64,000 bases of DNA, taken from contig CP051526.1 in assembly GCA_050916045.1 (NCBI GenBank), positions 3,456,001-3,520,000 on the forward strand, given 5' to 3'. The translations under genes were made by a program, and so were the position numbers. The DNA is from Tepidisphaera sp. (GTDB taxonomy: Bacteria > Planctomycetota > Phycisphaerae > Phycisphaerales > UBA1924). This document shows, piece by piece, positions 1-9,630 of the stretch (positions within the stretch are counted from its first letter, which is position 1; each line of letters begins with the position of its first letter). Below the pieces are notes generated by a model. The model ran no database searches and was not told the origin of the DNA. It saw only the letters and a list, made by a program, of their open reading frames with translations.

Positions 1-1
1 C

Positions 2-367
2 GCGAGCATCGGCCACCGCCCGTGGCGCCGCATCTTCGAGATCGCCCGTCCAGCCGAGCTTCTGGTCTTTTCCGACTCCATGCTGCCCGGAAGCAACGCT
101 CCGGGCTCGCTCCCGCGGAGCTCATGCCTGCTCGATCCGCCCATGCTTTACGACGGCGGCCGCTGGTCCGTGAACCCCTCCCCCACGACTTCCTTCCGCC
201 ACTCCGCCCCGCGCGGAAAGCCCGGCGTCAACGCTTCCTTCCGCGCCGACGGAAGCGTGCAGAGCAAACGCGGCGAAGCTCAGCACATGGCCCGCAACTG
301 GCCCACCATCGGTTCCGTGCAATCCCAGCCCGGCTGGCCCTACATCCCCGACTGGGAACAGTGGTGA
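2..367 (+). CDS. C-terminal part of a prepilin-type / H-X9-DG-motif protein (5' truncated by window edge)
   Basis: Frame is open from position 2 (ASIGHRPWRRIFEIARPAELLVFSDSM...). It contains RHSAPRGKPGVNASFRADGSV, resembling the C-terminal H-X9-DG motif of planctomycete prepilin-type proteins. Confidence 0.55.
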   Translation, partial: ASIGHRPWRRIFEIARPAELLVFSDSMLPGSNAPGSLPRSSCLLDPPMLYDGGRWSVNPSPTTSFRHSAPRGKPGVNASFRADGSVQSKRGEAQHMARNWPTIGSVQSQPGWPYIPDWEQW

Positions 368-389
368 ACCTTCACCGCGGAGCCGAACG

Positions 390-674
390 ATGGCCGTGAC
401 CCGATGCGTCTGCCGCGAAGTCTCCTTCACCGTCGTCGCTCGCGCCGCGCAAACCCTCCGTGACGCGGGACACCCCATCACGCTCGATGCGATCGCTGAT
501 CTCACCACCGCCGGCACCGGCTGCGGCACGTGCAAGCCTTACCTCGCCCGGGCCGCACTCACCGGACAGACCATCCTCCCCGTCATGGGAGGTGCCGAGT
601 GCACCGCGTGGATCGGCCGCCTCGAGGAACCCGCGCGATCGGTCCGCGCCGAATCCGGTAACATCCCGGGATGA
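390..674 (+). CDS. BFD-like (2Fe-2S)-binding ferredoxin
   Basis: CxC (RCVCR) and AGTGCGTCKPY motifs. GGAG upstream. Stop overlaps the next start. Confidence 0.75.
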   Translation: MAVTRCVCREVSFTVVARAAQTLRDAGHPITLDAIADLTTAGTGCGTCKPYLARAALTGQTILPVMGGAECTAWIGRLEEPARSVRAESGNIPG

Positions 675-1837
675 TCACGCCGATGATGGTTCTTGCGATG
701 CTGGCCGCTTCCGCATCTCCTCCGCTGATCCGGCTCGACCTCGCCCAGGACGGTCGGGCCATCGTCGTCGACCGCGAGGCAAAGCAGTACCTCGGCCACG
801 TCTCCACCGTCATGCTCGAAGACGGAAAGACCATCCTCGCGGTCTATCCCAAGGGCCACGGCGGCGGCGAGATCGTGCTCAAGCGATCCACCGATGCCGG
901 GCTCACGTGGAGCGATCGCCTCCCGACGCCCTCCTCATGGGCCACCAGCAAGGAGTGCCCCTCGATCCATCGCACCGTCGACGCCAAGGGCGTCAAGCGG
1001 CTCATCCTCTGGACCGGCTTGTTCCCCGCGAGATTCTCGATCAGCGAAGATGACGGCACAACGTGGTCCGAGCTCGCCTCCGCGACGCCCCCCGGCGAGA
1101 CCGAGTGGGGCGGCATCGTCGTGATGAGCGCTGTGGATCGCACAGGCCAACCCGGCGAGTACACCGCGTGGTTCCACGATGACGGCCGCTTTTTCCGCAA
1201 GAACGGGAAGGTGACGCCAACCTTCACGCTCTTCCAGACCCGCTCGACCGACGGCGGCCTGAACTGGGCGGCTCCGGAACCGATCTTCGCAAGCAACAAA
1301 GTCTCTCTCTGCGAGCCCGGCGTGATCCGATCCCCCGACGGCAAGCAGCTCGCAGTGCTCCTCCGCGAAGAATCCCGCCGCAAACGCTCCCACATCATGT
1401 TCAGCGACGATGAGGGCCGCACGTGGTCCGCCCCGAAAGAGCTCCCGCTCGCACTCACCGGAGACAAGCACACCCTCAGGTACGCCAAAGATGGCCGTCT
1501 TCTTGTCTCCTTCCGCGACCACACGGTCAAAGGGAGCATTACAGGAGACACTGACCCCGCCACCATACCCGGAGCAAGCCCAACCGAAGGAGATTGGATG
1601 CTTTGGGTCGGTACCTACCAGGATCTCGTCTCCGGCGGCGACGGCCAGATGATCGTCCGGCTCATGGACAACACCAAAGCATGGGACTGCGCCTATCCCG
1701 GGCTCGAAGTCGCGGCTGACGGAACCATCGTCGCCACCACCTACGGCCACTGGGATCGCGGCAAGCCGCCCTTCATCGCTTGTGTGCGACTCACCACCGA
1801 CGAGCTCGACAAGCTCGCGAAGAACCAGCCCCGCTAG
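671..1837 (+). CDS. Secreted BNR/Asp-box sialidase-family protein
   Basis: Signal peptide and repeated Asp-boxes (STDAGLTW, SEDDGTTW, STDGGLNW, SDDEGRTW). Confidence 0.8.
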   Translation: MITPMMVLAMLAASASPPLIRLDLAQDGRAIVVDREAKQYLGHVSTVMLEDGKTILAVYPKGHGGGEIVLKRSTDAGLTWSDRLPTPSSWATSKECPSIHRTVDAKGVKRLILWTGLFPARFSISEDDGTTWSELASATPPGETEWGGIVVMSAVDRTGQPGEYTAWFHDDGRFFRKNGKVTPTFTLFQTRSTDGGLNWAAPEPIFASNKVSLCEPGVIRSPDGKQLAVLLREESRRKRSHIMFSDDEGRTWSAPKELPLALTGDKHTLRYAKDGRLLVSFRDHTVKGSITGDTDPATIPGASPTEGDWMLWVGTYQDLVSGGDGQMIVRLMDNTKAWDCAYPGLEVAADGTIVATTYGHWDRGKPPFIACVRLTTDELDKLAKNQPR

Positions 1838-1840
1838 CCG

Positions 1841-2587
1841 TCACGAAAGCTCGGCCGTGAGCAGATCACCCGCGCCAAGCCGATCCGGCAACGCCGCGAA
1901 CGGCCGCGCCTCCTCGATCGCAAACCTCCCGACCCTCGTCCGCCGAAGCCCGGTGAGATATCCACCCACGCCCAGCGCCCGACCCAGATCGCGAGCCAGC
2001 GACCGAATGTACACGCCCTTCCCGCTCGTGACATGAAGCGTCAGCACAGGTGCTTCGTAAGACACAATCCTGATCGCTTCGATCCGCACCGACCTCATGC
2101 CAAGCAGCGCCGAGCTTGAATCAAGCTTCCCCCGCCGAGCAAGGTCGTACGCCCTCACGCCGCCGATATGCACCGCCGAGAACGCCGGCGGAGCCTGCTG
2201 AATATCCCCGATGAAGCGCGGGATCACGCTTTCGATCGCTCCGCGCGTCGGCGCGGCAAACCCCTCCACGCCCGTCACCGGCCCCTCCGCGTCGTCCGTC
2301 GCGCTCACTCCCGACAGGTCGATCGTCGCGAGGTACTCCTTCTCGCCCACCATGACCTTGTCGCAAAGCCGCGTCGCCCTCCCGACAAGCACCACGAGCA
2401 CACCCGTCGCCAGCGGATCAAGCGTCCCGCCGTGCCCCACCTTCAGCCGCTTGGGAGCCCCTCCCTGCTTGAAAAGCCAGCGGATCCGCGAGCAGACCTG
2501 CATCGACGTCGGCCCCAACGGCTTGTCGATGATCATGATGCCGCTCGGTGGTTCCTGGACTGGTTGCGTCACCACCGATTGTTGCAC
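1841..2587 (-). CDS. truB: tRNA pseudouridine(55) synthase
   Basis: IIDKPLGPTS, KVGHGGTLDPLATGVL and SGKGVYIRSLARDLG motifs. Confidence 0.95.
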   Translation of the reverse strand: MQQSVVTQPVQEPPSGIMIIDKPLGPTSMQVCSRIRWLFKQGGAPKRLKVGHGGTLDPLATGVLVVLVGRATRLCDKVMVGEKEYLATIDLSGVSATDDAEGPVTGVEGFAAPTRGAIESVIPRFIGDIQQAPPAFSAVHIGGVRAYDLARRGKLDSSSALLGMRSVRIEAIRIVSYEAPVLTLHVTSGKGVYIRSLARDLGRALGVGGYLTGLRRTRVGRFAIEEARPFAALPDRLGAGDLLTAELS

Positions 2588-2637
2588 AGCGCAAGCCCCG
2601 CCGTGAGTGCTCGCTCTGAGGGAGTACCATCGCCCGC

Positions 2638-4473
2638 ATGCCCCAGCCCACCACCCCGAACACGCCCGCCGCCCCCACCATCCCCACCCGCGATCCAGCG
2701 ACCTCGCCTCTCCTCCTCATTCCCACGCCCCGAAGCGTCAAACGCGGCACCGGTTCCGCCCCCCGCTCCGAGCCCGCGGTGGATGCCCTCAGCAAACCCA
2801 AAGGCCCCGAGCACTACCGCCTGACGATCGCTCCCTCGGGCGTCCGCATCCAAGCCGCTTCACCCGCCGCCGAACGCGCCGCCCGCGCGACGCTCGATCA
2901 GCTCGCCCGGCAGTTCGGCGACAAGCTGCCCGCGGTCGAGATCGAAGACTGGCCCGCTTTCGCCACCCGCGGCGTCATGCTCGATGTCTCCCGCTGCCGC
3001 ATCCCCACGATGGACGAGTTCGCTCGCATCATCACGACCCTCGCAAGCCTCAAGATCAACCACCTCCAGCTCTACACAGAGCACACCTTCGCCTACGAAG
3101 GCGCTGAGGACGTCTGGGCGGGATGGAGCCCCCTCACCCCGGCCGAGATCCGCTCGCTCGACACGCTCTGCCAAGCCCACGGCATCGAGCTCGCCGCCAA
3201 CCAGAACTGCTTCGGCCACCTCCACCAGTGGATGAAGTCCCCCAAGTTCCGCGACCTGGCCGAAACACACGGCGACTGGATGTACGACCTCTGGCCTCGC
3301 TCGGGAGCTTTCAGCCTCTGCCCGATCGACCCCGCGAGCGAGCGTTTCGTCGAGAACCTCCTCTCGCAGCTTGCGCCCTGCTTCTCCTCACCCCTCGTGA
3401 ACGTCGGATGCGATGAGACCTTCGACATCGGCTGGGGACGCAGCAAACAAGCCGTCGCCGAACGCGGCCGCGCCCGCGTCTACCTCGAGTTCGTCGCCAA
3501 GATCGCCGCGATCGTCACCAAGCTCGGCAAAAAGCCCATGTTCTGGGCCGACATCGCCCTCTCGCACCCTGAGCACGTCGGCGACATCCCCAAGGAACTC
3601 GTCGCGCTCGCGTGGGGCTACGAACCCGACGCTCCCTTTGACCGCTGGTGCACCGAGCTCAAAGCCGCCGGCCGCGAGACCTGGCTCTGTCCCGGCACCT
3701 CGTCTTGGCGCTCCATCACCGGCCGCACCGCGGAACGCCACGGCAACCTCGCCTCCTGCGCCGCTTCCGGAGTCGCGCACGGCATCAAGGGCTTCCTCAC
3801 GACCGATTGGGGCGACACCGGCCACTGGCAGCAGTGGCCCGTCTCGCTCCACGCCCTCGCCCACGGAGCTCACGCGGCCTGGACCGGCGACGCCACGACC
3901 TTTGACGCCCAAGCCGCCGCCGTGCACGCGCTCGGCGCCCCCGTTCACGCCGCGAGCGTGGGCAACTGGCTCGAGCGCCTCGGCGACGCCGACCTCGACC
4001 TTCGCCGCGTGTGCCTGCCCCTGTCGCGTGCGCCCAAGCCCGGCGAGCCGCCCGTCCTCCGCAACCAGTCCGCGCTCATGAGCGACCTCTTCAAGGAGAT
4101 CGACGAACAGCGCGAGATCGGCTCGGAATGGCAGTGGTACAGCACACACGAACGCATCCTCAAGCTCACCGCCGAGTTTGAAGCCGACTTCATGCCGCAC
4201 CTCCCGCCCCTCATCGCCGAGGAGATCATTCACACCCTCGACCTCGCCGGCTACGCCGCGACGCGAGGGTGGTGCCGCAGGCTCGAGCCCGCCGCGCGGC
4301 CCATCTCGCGGAACGAGTTCCTCGCGTGGCACGACGACATCGTGCAGGAACACCGCCGCCTGTGGGCACAGCGCTCACGACCCGGCGGTCTGGACCAATC
4401 CTGTGCGTTCTTCGCCCAGTCTCGCGAGAAAACCGCCGGCCCCGCGACTCAGGCCCGGAGCGGACGCCGGTAA
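2638..4473 (+). CDS. Glycoside hydrolase family 20 (beta-N-acetylhexosaminidase-like)
   Basis: IEDWPAFATRGVMLDVSR, KINHLQLYTEHTF and catalytic NVGCDET motifs. Confidence 0.85.
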   Translation: MPQPTTPNTPAAPTIPTRDPATSPLLLIPTPRSVKRGTGSAPRSEPAVDALSKPKGPEHYRLTIAPSGVRIQAASPAAERAARATLDQLARQFGDKLPAVEIEDWPAFATRGVMLDVSRCRIPTMDEFARIITTLASLKINHLQLYTEHTFAYEGAEDVWAGWSPLTPAEIRSLDTLCQAHGIELAANQNCFGHLHQWMKSPKFRDLAETHGDWMYDLWPRSGAFSLCPIDPASERFVENLLSQLAPCFSSPLVNVGCDETFDIGWGRSKQAVAERGRARVYLEFVAKIAAIVTKLGKKPMFWADIALSHPEHVGDIPKELVALAWGYEPDAPFDRWCTELKAAGRETWLCPGTSSWRSITGRTAERHGNLASCAASGVAHGIKGFLTTDWGDTGHWQQWPVSLHALAHGAHAAWTGDATTFDAQAAAVHALGAPVHAASVGNWLERLGDADLDLRRVCLPLSRAPKPGEPPVLRNQSALMSDLFKEIDEQREIGSEWQWYSTHERILKLTAEFEADFMPHLPPLIAEEIIHTLDLAGYAATRGWCRRLEPAARPISRNEFLAWHDDIVQEHRRLWAQRSRPGGLDQSCAFFAQSREKTAGPATQARSGRR

Positions 4474-5597
4474 ATCAGCTCCACATCGTTCCCCAGCGCC
4501 CGAACGCGGAGCAGATCAAACCGCCTGCCCGCTGAAAGCGTCGGCGCGACCCGCCCCGCCGCCGCCGACTTCGCCTGTTCATCGCCCAGCATCAGCGGCG
4601 CGATGTAGACCACGGCTTCGTCGATCAGGTCGTGATCCAGGAACGACCCCAGAATCGAAGGCCCGGCTTCGACCATCACGGTCGACACGCCGTGACGCTC
4701 CACGAGCGCTCGCAGCATCCCTTCCAGGTCCACCCCCGTCGCCGAAGCCCGCACCCCCAGAACATCCACGCCGCACGCCAGCAGAGCTTCACGCTTGGCC
4801 GACGTGATCGAAGCCGTCGCCAATTCCGCCGCGCACACGATCGTCGTCGGGATCGATGCCGCCGAACGCACCATCGCGAAGTTCACCGGGATGTCCAGAT
4901 CGGTATCGCATACGACCCGCCGCGCCACCCGGCGCACCCTCGGCACGTGCCGCGCCGTCAGCATCGGATCGTCAGCCAGTACCGTCCCGATCCCCGTCAC
5001 GATCGCGTCCACCCGCGACCGAAGCCGGTGCACCCGCGATCGCGCAAGCTCCCCGCTGATCCATTTGCTCTCGCCCGTCCGCGTCGCCACGCGTCCATCG
5101 ACGGTCTGCGCCCACTTCGCGACGACCCACGGAAGCCCAGTGCGGATCCGCTTGAGAAACGGCGAGGTCACCGCCGTCGCCGCCCGGTTCTCACAGAAAT
5201 CGACCCTAATCCCAGCTTCCCGAAGCGCCTTCGCACCCCCGGCCGCCTCCGGATTCGGATCGGCGCACGCGATCACGACGCGAGAGATCCCCGAAGCCCG
5301 TATGGCGTCGATGCAGGGCGGTTGCTTGCCGTGGTGCGAGCACGGCTCGAGCGTCACATACATCGTGAGGCCGCGCAGATCGACCACGCCGCGACTCGCC
5401 GCGTTCAGGATCGCTTCGCGTTCGGCATGAAGCCCGCCGAACACGCGATGGTGGCCGACGCCCACGACCTCCGCACCCCCGCCCGTCTCGCGCGCGATGA
5501 CCGCACCGACCATCGGATTGGGCTCGACATCCCCGAACCCGCGCCACGCGTGCCGGGCCGCCAGATCAAGCATGCGTGTGGCCACAGGGTCGTGCAT
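4449..5597 (-). CDS. ribD: Bifunctional riboflavin deaminase/reductase
   Basis: PNPMVGAVI, HAE, VTLEPCSHHGKQPPC, KWAQTVDG and GIGTVLADDPMLT. Start placed at ATG 5597, with TACACT 6 nt upstream. Confidence 0.95.
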   Translation of the reverse strand: MHDPVATRMLDLAARHAWRGFGDVEPNPMVGAVIARETGGGAEVVGVGHHRVFGGLHAEREAILNAASRGVVDLRGLTMYVTLEPCSHHGKQPPCIDAIRASGISRVVIACADPNPEAAGGAKALREAGIRVDFCENRAATAVTSPFLKRIRTGLPWVVAKWAQTVDGRVATRTGESKWISGELARSRVHRLRSRVDAIVTGIGTVLADDPMLTARHVPRVRRVARRVVCDTDLDIPVNFAMVRSAASIPTTIVCAAELATASITSAKREALLACGVDVLGVRASATGVDLEGMLRALVERHGVSTVMVEAGPSILGSFLDHDLIDEAVVYIAPLMLGDEQAKSAAAGRVAPTLSAGRRFDLLRVRALGNDVELIYRRPLRA

Positions 5598-5640
5598 CCG
5601 TGAAGTGTACGACACCCCTCACCCGCGCCAAGAGCCCGAT

Positions 5641-6627
5641 TCAAGCGATCCGGATGAGCGCTCGCCGCTCCTGCGGGTCCAGCACGCCGCCCGCGTCCTT
5701 CAGCCATCGCTTGGCATCCTGCCAGTATCCCGCCGTCGGACGAAGCCCCGCCATCCGCCCGCTCCAGTACCGGTTGAACCGGACCATCGCCAGCTCTCGC
5801 ACATACTTGGCCGTCATCGAAGCCAGCGCGATCGGCAGGTGCACCCGCTCGGATCCGACCTGGAAGACCACCCCGATCGACCTCCCGCCCACCGGCACGA
5901 AGTACCGGCTCCGATCCGGCGTCTCTTCGACGACCCGCACATCGGCGACGCTCACACCCGCAAAGTCAGCCACGATGTCCGCATACTGCATCCGCCCGCC
6001 AAGACGGTCGCACACGAACCGGAGGCCGTCATCCGGCCACGACGCCGCGAGATTCATCACCGTCCGAAAGTGTCCCCTCACCGCGGCGATCGTCGTCGCG
6101 CCCTTGCCCCCGCCGTCCCGAGCGATCGCGTTGAACTCCTCCTCGCCCATCACCCGGCACGCGAGAGCGGCCAACGTAAGCCCAGCTCGGCCCATCTCCT
6201 CACCCAGCGGGTTGGCCGCGATGCCGATCTCCGAAGCCGTCCACGCCACCGGACTGGCAAGCGGCAAGCCGCCGTACCACTCCCGCGCCGGCCACTCGGC
6301 GCCCAGCGCTTCCAGCAGCCCGACATCATCCACAGGGCGATGACCGCACACCGCAAGCCAGGTCAGCACGCCCCGCTCAAGATGCGTCAGCGGATGCCGC
6401 CTCACCGCCGAATTCGGAAGCTTGAGCTCCTTCGAATCCGCGATCACGATCCGCGCACCCGCACCCTTGATCCCCCGTGCAACCGACCGCGGCAACATCT
6501 CCCACACGTCCGGAGCCGGCGCACCCTCCGCCCAGCTCTCGACGCGAAGCACCGAGAGCCCCACCGCGAGCGGACCCAGCAGCGGCCCGTACCCCGCTTC
6601 ATCAACGCCGGCGATCAAAAGCCCCAA
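5641..6627 (-). CDS. Ribonuclease HII-like protein (divergent)
   Basis: IAGVDEAGYGPLLGP, IADSK and IALASMTAKYVRE motifs of the RNase HII fold. Confidence 0.7.
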   Translation of the reverse strand: MGLLIAGVDEAGYGPLLGPLAVGLSVLRVESWAEGAPAPDVWEMLPRSVARGIKGAGARIVIADSKELKLPNSAVRRHPLTHLERGVLTWLAVCGHRPVDDVGLLEALGAEWPAREWYGGLPLASPVAWTASEIGIAANPLGEEMGRAGLTLAALACRVMGEEEFNAIARDGGGKGATTIAAVRGHFRTVMNLAASWPDDGLRFVCDRLGGRMQYADIVADFAGVSVADVRVVEETPDRSRYFVPVGGRSIGVVFQVGSERVHLPIALASMTAKYVRELAMVRFNRYWSGRMAGLRPTAGYWQDAKRWLKDAGGVLDPQERRALIRIA

Positions 6628-6652
6628 AGCCGTTCCTCGTCACCCAATGAAC

Positions 6653-6693
6653 CGACGTTCCGCGCGGACGCAAACCGTCCGCGCGGAACGTCG
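6653..6693. repeat. Perfect 18-bp inverted repeat (hairpin)
   Basis: CGACGTTCCGCGCGGACG-caaac-CGTCCGCGCGGAACGTCG. Confidence 0.9.
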
Positions 6694-6716
6694 AGATCCT
6701 CACACTGGTGCCAGTC

Positions 6717-6899
6717 TCACTTCGCCGAGCGAGCGCCGCCGCCCTGCGGGGCACCGTCCGGAGCCGCCACGGGAGCCGGCGTCGGGGTGGACGAGCCGCC
6801 GGAGAACAGACCGAGGTTCCACGCGATCACAAGACCGGCAAGGACCAGCAAAACGACCGCGAGAATGAGTTTTTTCTTGTCCGCTTCAGAATTCGCCAT
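6717..6899 (-). CDS. Small single-pass membrane protein
   Basis: 60 aa with KKK followed by a hydrophobic helix. AGGAG SD upstream. Confidence 0.65.
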   Translation of the reverse strand: MANSEADKKKLILAVVLLVLAGLVIAWNLGLFSGGSSTPTPAPVAAPDGAPQGGGARSAK

Positions 6900-7050
6900 G
6901 GAAGGCTCCTATTTGGGTCCGGCAGTGGACCAAGTCTTCCTCCCGACCCCCGACATACTCGGAGACGCCTCCGAGGGCCCGGAGCATACCAATCGCGACC
7001 CCATCTCGCCACCAACCGATCAAATTACGAACACGCCTGCCCCGCCCACG

Positions 7051-7073
7051 AAAAAGCCGCCTCGCGGGCGGCT
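7051..7073 (-). terminator. Intrinsic terminator after tRNA-Leu
   Basis: Minus strand AGCCGCC-cgcga-GGCGGCT followed by TTTT. Confidence 0.75.
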
Positions 7074-7098
7074 CATCCGACTCCTCAATCCTTCAAAG

Positions 7099-7182
7099 TG
7101 CGGCCGAGAGGACTTGAACCTCCAAGGTATTGCTACCACTAGAACCTGAATCTAGCGCGTCTGCCAATTTCGCCACGGCCGC
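7099..7182 (-). tRNA. tRNA-Leu(CAG)
   Basis: GCGGCCGTGGCGAAATTGGCAGACGCG-CTAGA-TTCAGGT-TCTAG, long variable arm, GGAGGTTCAAGTCCTCTCGGCCGCA. CCA is not encoded. Confidence 0.95.
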
Positions 7183-7195
7183 GGCGTCGCCAACC

Positions 7196-9529
7196 TTAGT
7201 CGACTTCCTTCTCTTGGACAACCCCGCCCGCCTCGGCTCCCCCGCCACGCACCAGCCGCCAGCACCGGTGAATCCGGGTATTCCGGTACTCCGGCGGGAC
7301 CGTCCGCCGGCTGATCTCCCGTCCCGAATACCCCGCTTCAACCAGCCCCGCTTCGTCCAGCTTGAACCGGCGGTTGTTGTTGCTGAAGTACACCACGCCC
7401 TTGGGCGACAGGAGGTTGGCGACCAACCCCAGCATCTCCGCATGGTCGCGCTGCACATCGAAGACGTCGTCCGTCCGCTTGCTATTGCTGAACGTCGGCG
7501 GGTCGACGATCGCAAGGTCGTACGACCCCCGCTCGCCGACGGTTCGCTGCGCACGAAGCCACTCCATGACGTCCCCGCGCACCAGCCGATGGCCCGCTCG
7601 CGCCGCCGCCGCGTTGGCCCGCGCATCCTCGCCCCACCACTCAAGCCCGTTGAGTTCCAGATTCCGCCCCGCCCACTCCAGATACGTGTTCGAAAGGTCG
7701 ACGCTCGTCGTCGCCTCGGCCCCGCCGCTCGCCGCATAGACCGTAAACGAGCCCGTGTAGCAGAAGAGATTGAGCACCCGCTTGCCCGCGGCTTCCTCTC
7801 GCACCATTCCTCGCGTCAGCCGGTGATCCAGGAACAAGCCCGTGTCGACATAGTCCGACAGGTTCACCTCGAACTGAAGCCCGCCTTCGTGGACGACGAA
7901 CGTCTTGCGTTCATCCGCGACGCGCTCGTGCTGCGTCAATCCCCGCTGACGGTGCTTGTTCTTCACGAACACGCGGCGTCGATCAACGCCGAGCACATCC
8001 CCCGCGCGCATCGCCACCGCGTCAAGCCAATCCGCCTGCTGGGCCGGGGTCCGGCTGTGCTCCCGCTCATACTCCGCGATGTGCACCGCATCCTCGTACC
8101 GATCGATGATCACCGGCACGTCCGGCATGTCGCGCTCGTACACCCGGTAGCACGTGATGCCGCGCGACGGATACTTGCGCAGGTGCCTCGCGTTGTTCGC
8201 CAGGCACGCCGCAAACTCGTCGATCTCCTTGATGTCCCGCGCACGAAGCCCGCCGAACCCGGCTTGCGGCCCCGCGGGCGCGTCTACCGGGCGATCGACG
8301 TGAACAGGTACGACCGCATGGGCCGCAGGCTCTTCGGACTCAACCTCCGCCGTCGCGGACTCGGCCGGAACCACCGCTTCCTCGCCCGCGTTCATCCCCT
8401 TCGGCGGCCTGGGCCCCAGGAACTGGTAGTACGTGCACTCGATCTGCGCGTTGAAAAGCTTGCGCCGCCGCGTCGCCGACTGCCCCACCAACGCCTCAAG
8501 ATCGTCCCACGACGTCAGCACGTGCGTCGACCACGTGGGCAGATGCCGAAGCACGTGGGGAAACCCGCGATACAGATCCTCAAGCTCACGTCCGCGTCCG
8601 ATCCGCTCGCCGTACGGCGGGTTCGTGATGATGCACCCATACTCAAGCTTGCTCGTGAGGTCCTTGAAATCCCGCTGCGAGAACCGGACAACGTCCGCCA
8701 CGCCGGCCCGCTTGGCGTGGTGCCGCGCCAGCGAAAGCGCATCCTCGCTGATGTCATACCCATGGATCGGATACGCGAGCTTGCCCACCGCCAGGTCCTT
8801 GGCTTCCTCATCCGCCGTGTCCCACACCTCGTCAGGAATGATCCCCCACTCCACGGCGTCGAACGTGCGATAAAGCCCCGGCGCGATGTTCCGCCCGATG
8901 AGCGCCGCTTCGATCGGAATCGTCCCCGACCCGCAGAACGGATCCACAAGCGGACGGTTCGGCCGCCACACCGAGAGCAACACCAGCCCCGCCGCAAGCG
9001 TCTCCTTCAGCTGAGCTTCGCCGATCAGTTGCCGGTACCCGCGCTTGTGCAACCCGTCGCCCGATGTGTCGATCGTGAGCGTCGCGACATCCCCGAGCAT
9101 CGAGATTTCGATCGCGACCCGGTGCGCCGATTCGGGAAGCTCCTCGACGCCGTGCGCTGCTTTCAGCCGCTCCACGATCGCTTTCTTGACGATCTTCTGG
9201 CACGCCGGCACGCTGGAAAGCTGGCTCTTGACGCTCCGCCCAGTCACCGGGAAAGCCGCGTCCTTCGCGACCCACTCTTCCCATGGCAACGCCCGCACCC
9301 CGTCGAAAAGCTGCCCGAAATCGGTCGCCGGGAACGTCCCCACACGGATCAGCACCCGATCGGCGGCCCTGAGCCACATGTTCGCCCGGCATATCGCGGC
9401 CAGCTCTCCTCTGAACAAAACCCGACCCGTCGAGAGCACGGTGGGCGCATATCCGAGGTTTTCGAGCTCGCGCACCACCACCGCTTCAAGTCCGAAAGCC
9501 GTCGCGGCGATGAGTTCAAGCTGAGGCAT
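7196..9529 (-). CDS. rlmKL: Bifunctional 23S rRNA methyltransferase RlmK/RlmL
   Basis: THUMP/RlmL half (LHKRGYR, DPFCGSGTI, TNPPYGER) plus RlmK half (DTGLFLDHR, LNLFCYTG, DPPTFSNSK). Confidence 0.95.
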   Translation of the reverse strand: MPQLELIAATAFGLEAVVVRELENLGYAPTVLSTGRVLFRGELAAICRANMWLRAADRVLIRVGTFPATDFGQLFDGVRALPWEEWVAKDAAFPVTGRSVKSQLSSVPACQKIVKKAIVERLKAAHGVEELPESAHRVAIEISMLGDVATLTIDTSGDGLHKRGYRQLIGEAQLKETLAAGLVLLSVWRPNRPLVDPFCGSGTIPIEAALIGRNIAPGLYRTFDAVEWGIIPDEVWDTADEEAKDLAVGKLAYPIHGYDISEDALSLARHHAKRAGVADVVRFSQRDFKDLTSKLEYGCIITNPPYGERIGRGRELEDLYRGFPHVLRHLPTWSTHVLTSWDDLEALVGQSATRRRKLFNAQIECTYYQFLGPRPPKGMNAGEEAVVPAESATAEVESEEPAAHAVVPVHVDRPVDAPAGPQAGFGGLRARDIKEIDEFAACLANNARHLRKYPSRGITCYRVYERDMPDVPVIIDRYEDAVHIAEYEREHSRTPAQQADWLDAVAMRAGDVLGVDRRRVFVKNKHRQRGLTQHERVADERKTFVVHEGGLQFEVNLSDYVDTGLFLDHRLTRGMVREEAAGKRVLNLFCYTGSFTVYAASGGAEATTSVDLSNTYLEWAGRNLELNGLEWWGEDARANAAAARAGHRLVRGDVMEWLRAQRTVGERGSYDLAIVDPPTFSNSKRTDDVFDVQRDHAEMLGLVANLLSPKGVVYFSNNNRRFKLDEAGLVEAGYSGREISRRTVPPEYRNTRIHRCWRLVRGGGAEAGGVVQEKEVD

Positions 9530-9630
9530 GGCGGGCGGATGCTAGGGGAACCCGGGACGGTAACGTTTCGCCCGCCGCCACGGACCCGGGTACACTGCCC
9601 CCTCACTCTTTCACCCGACGGAGTTCCGCG

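Noticed and set aside
5598..5640. FMN riboswitch before ribD
   Set aside because: Only about 43 bp of intergenic space, and the gene looks leaderless.
6900..7182. tRNA-Leu as an integration site for an island
   Set aside because: No integrase and no duplicated tRNA 3' end were seen in the window.
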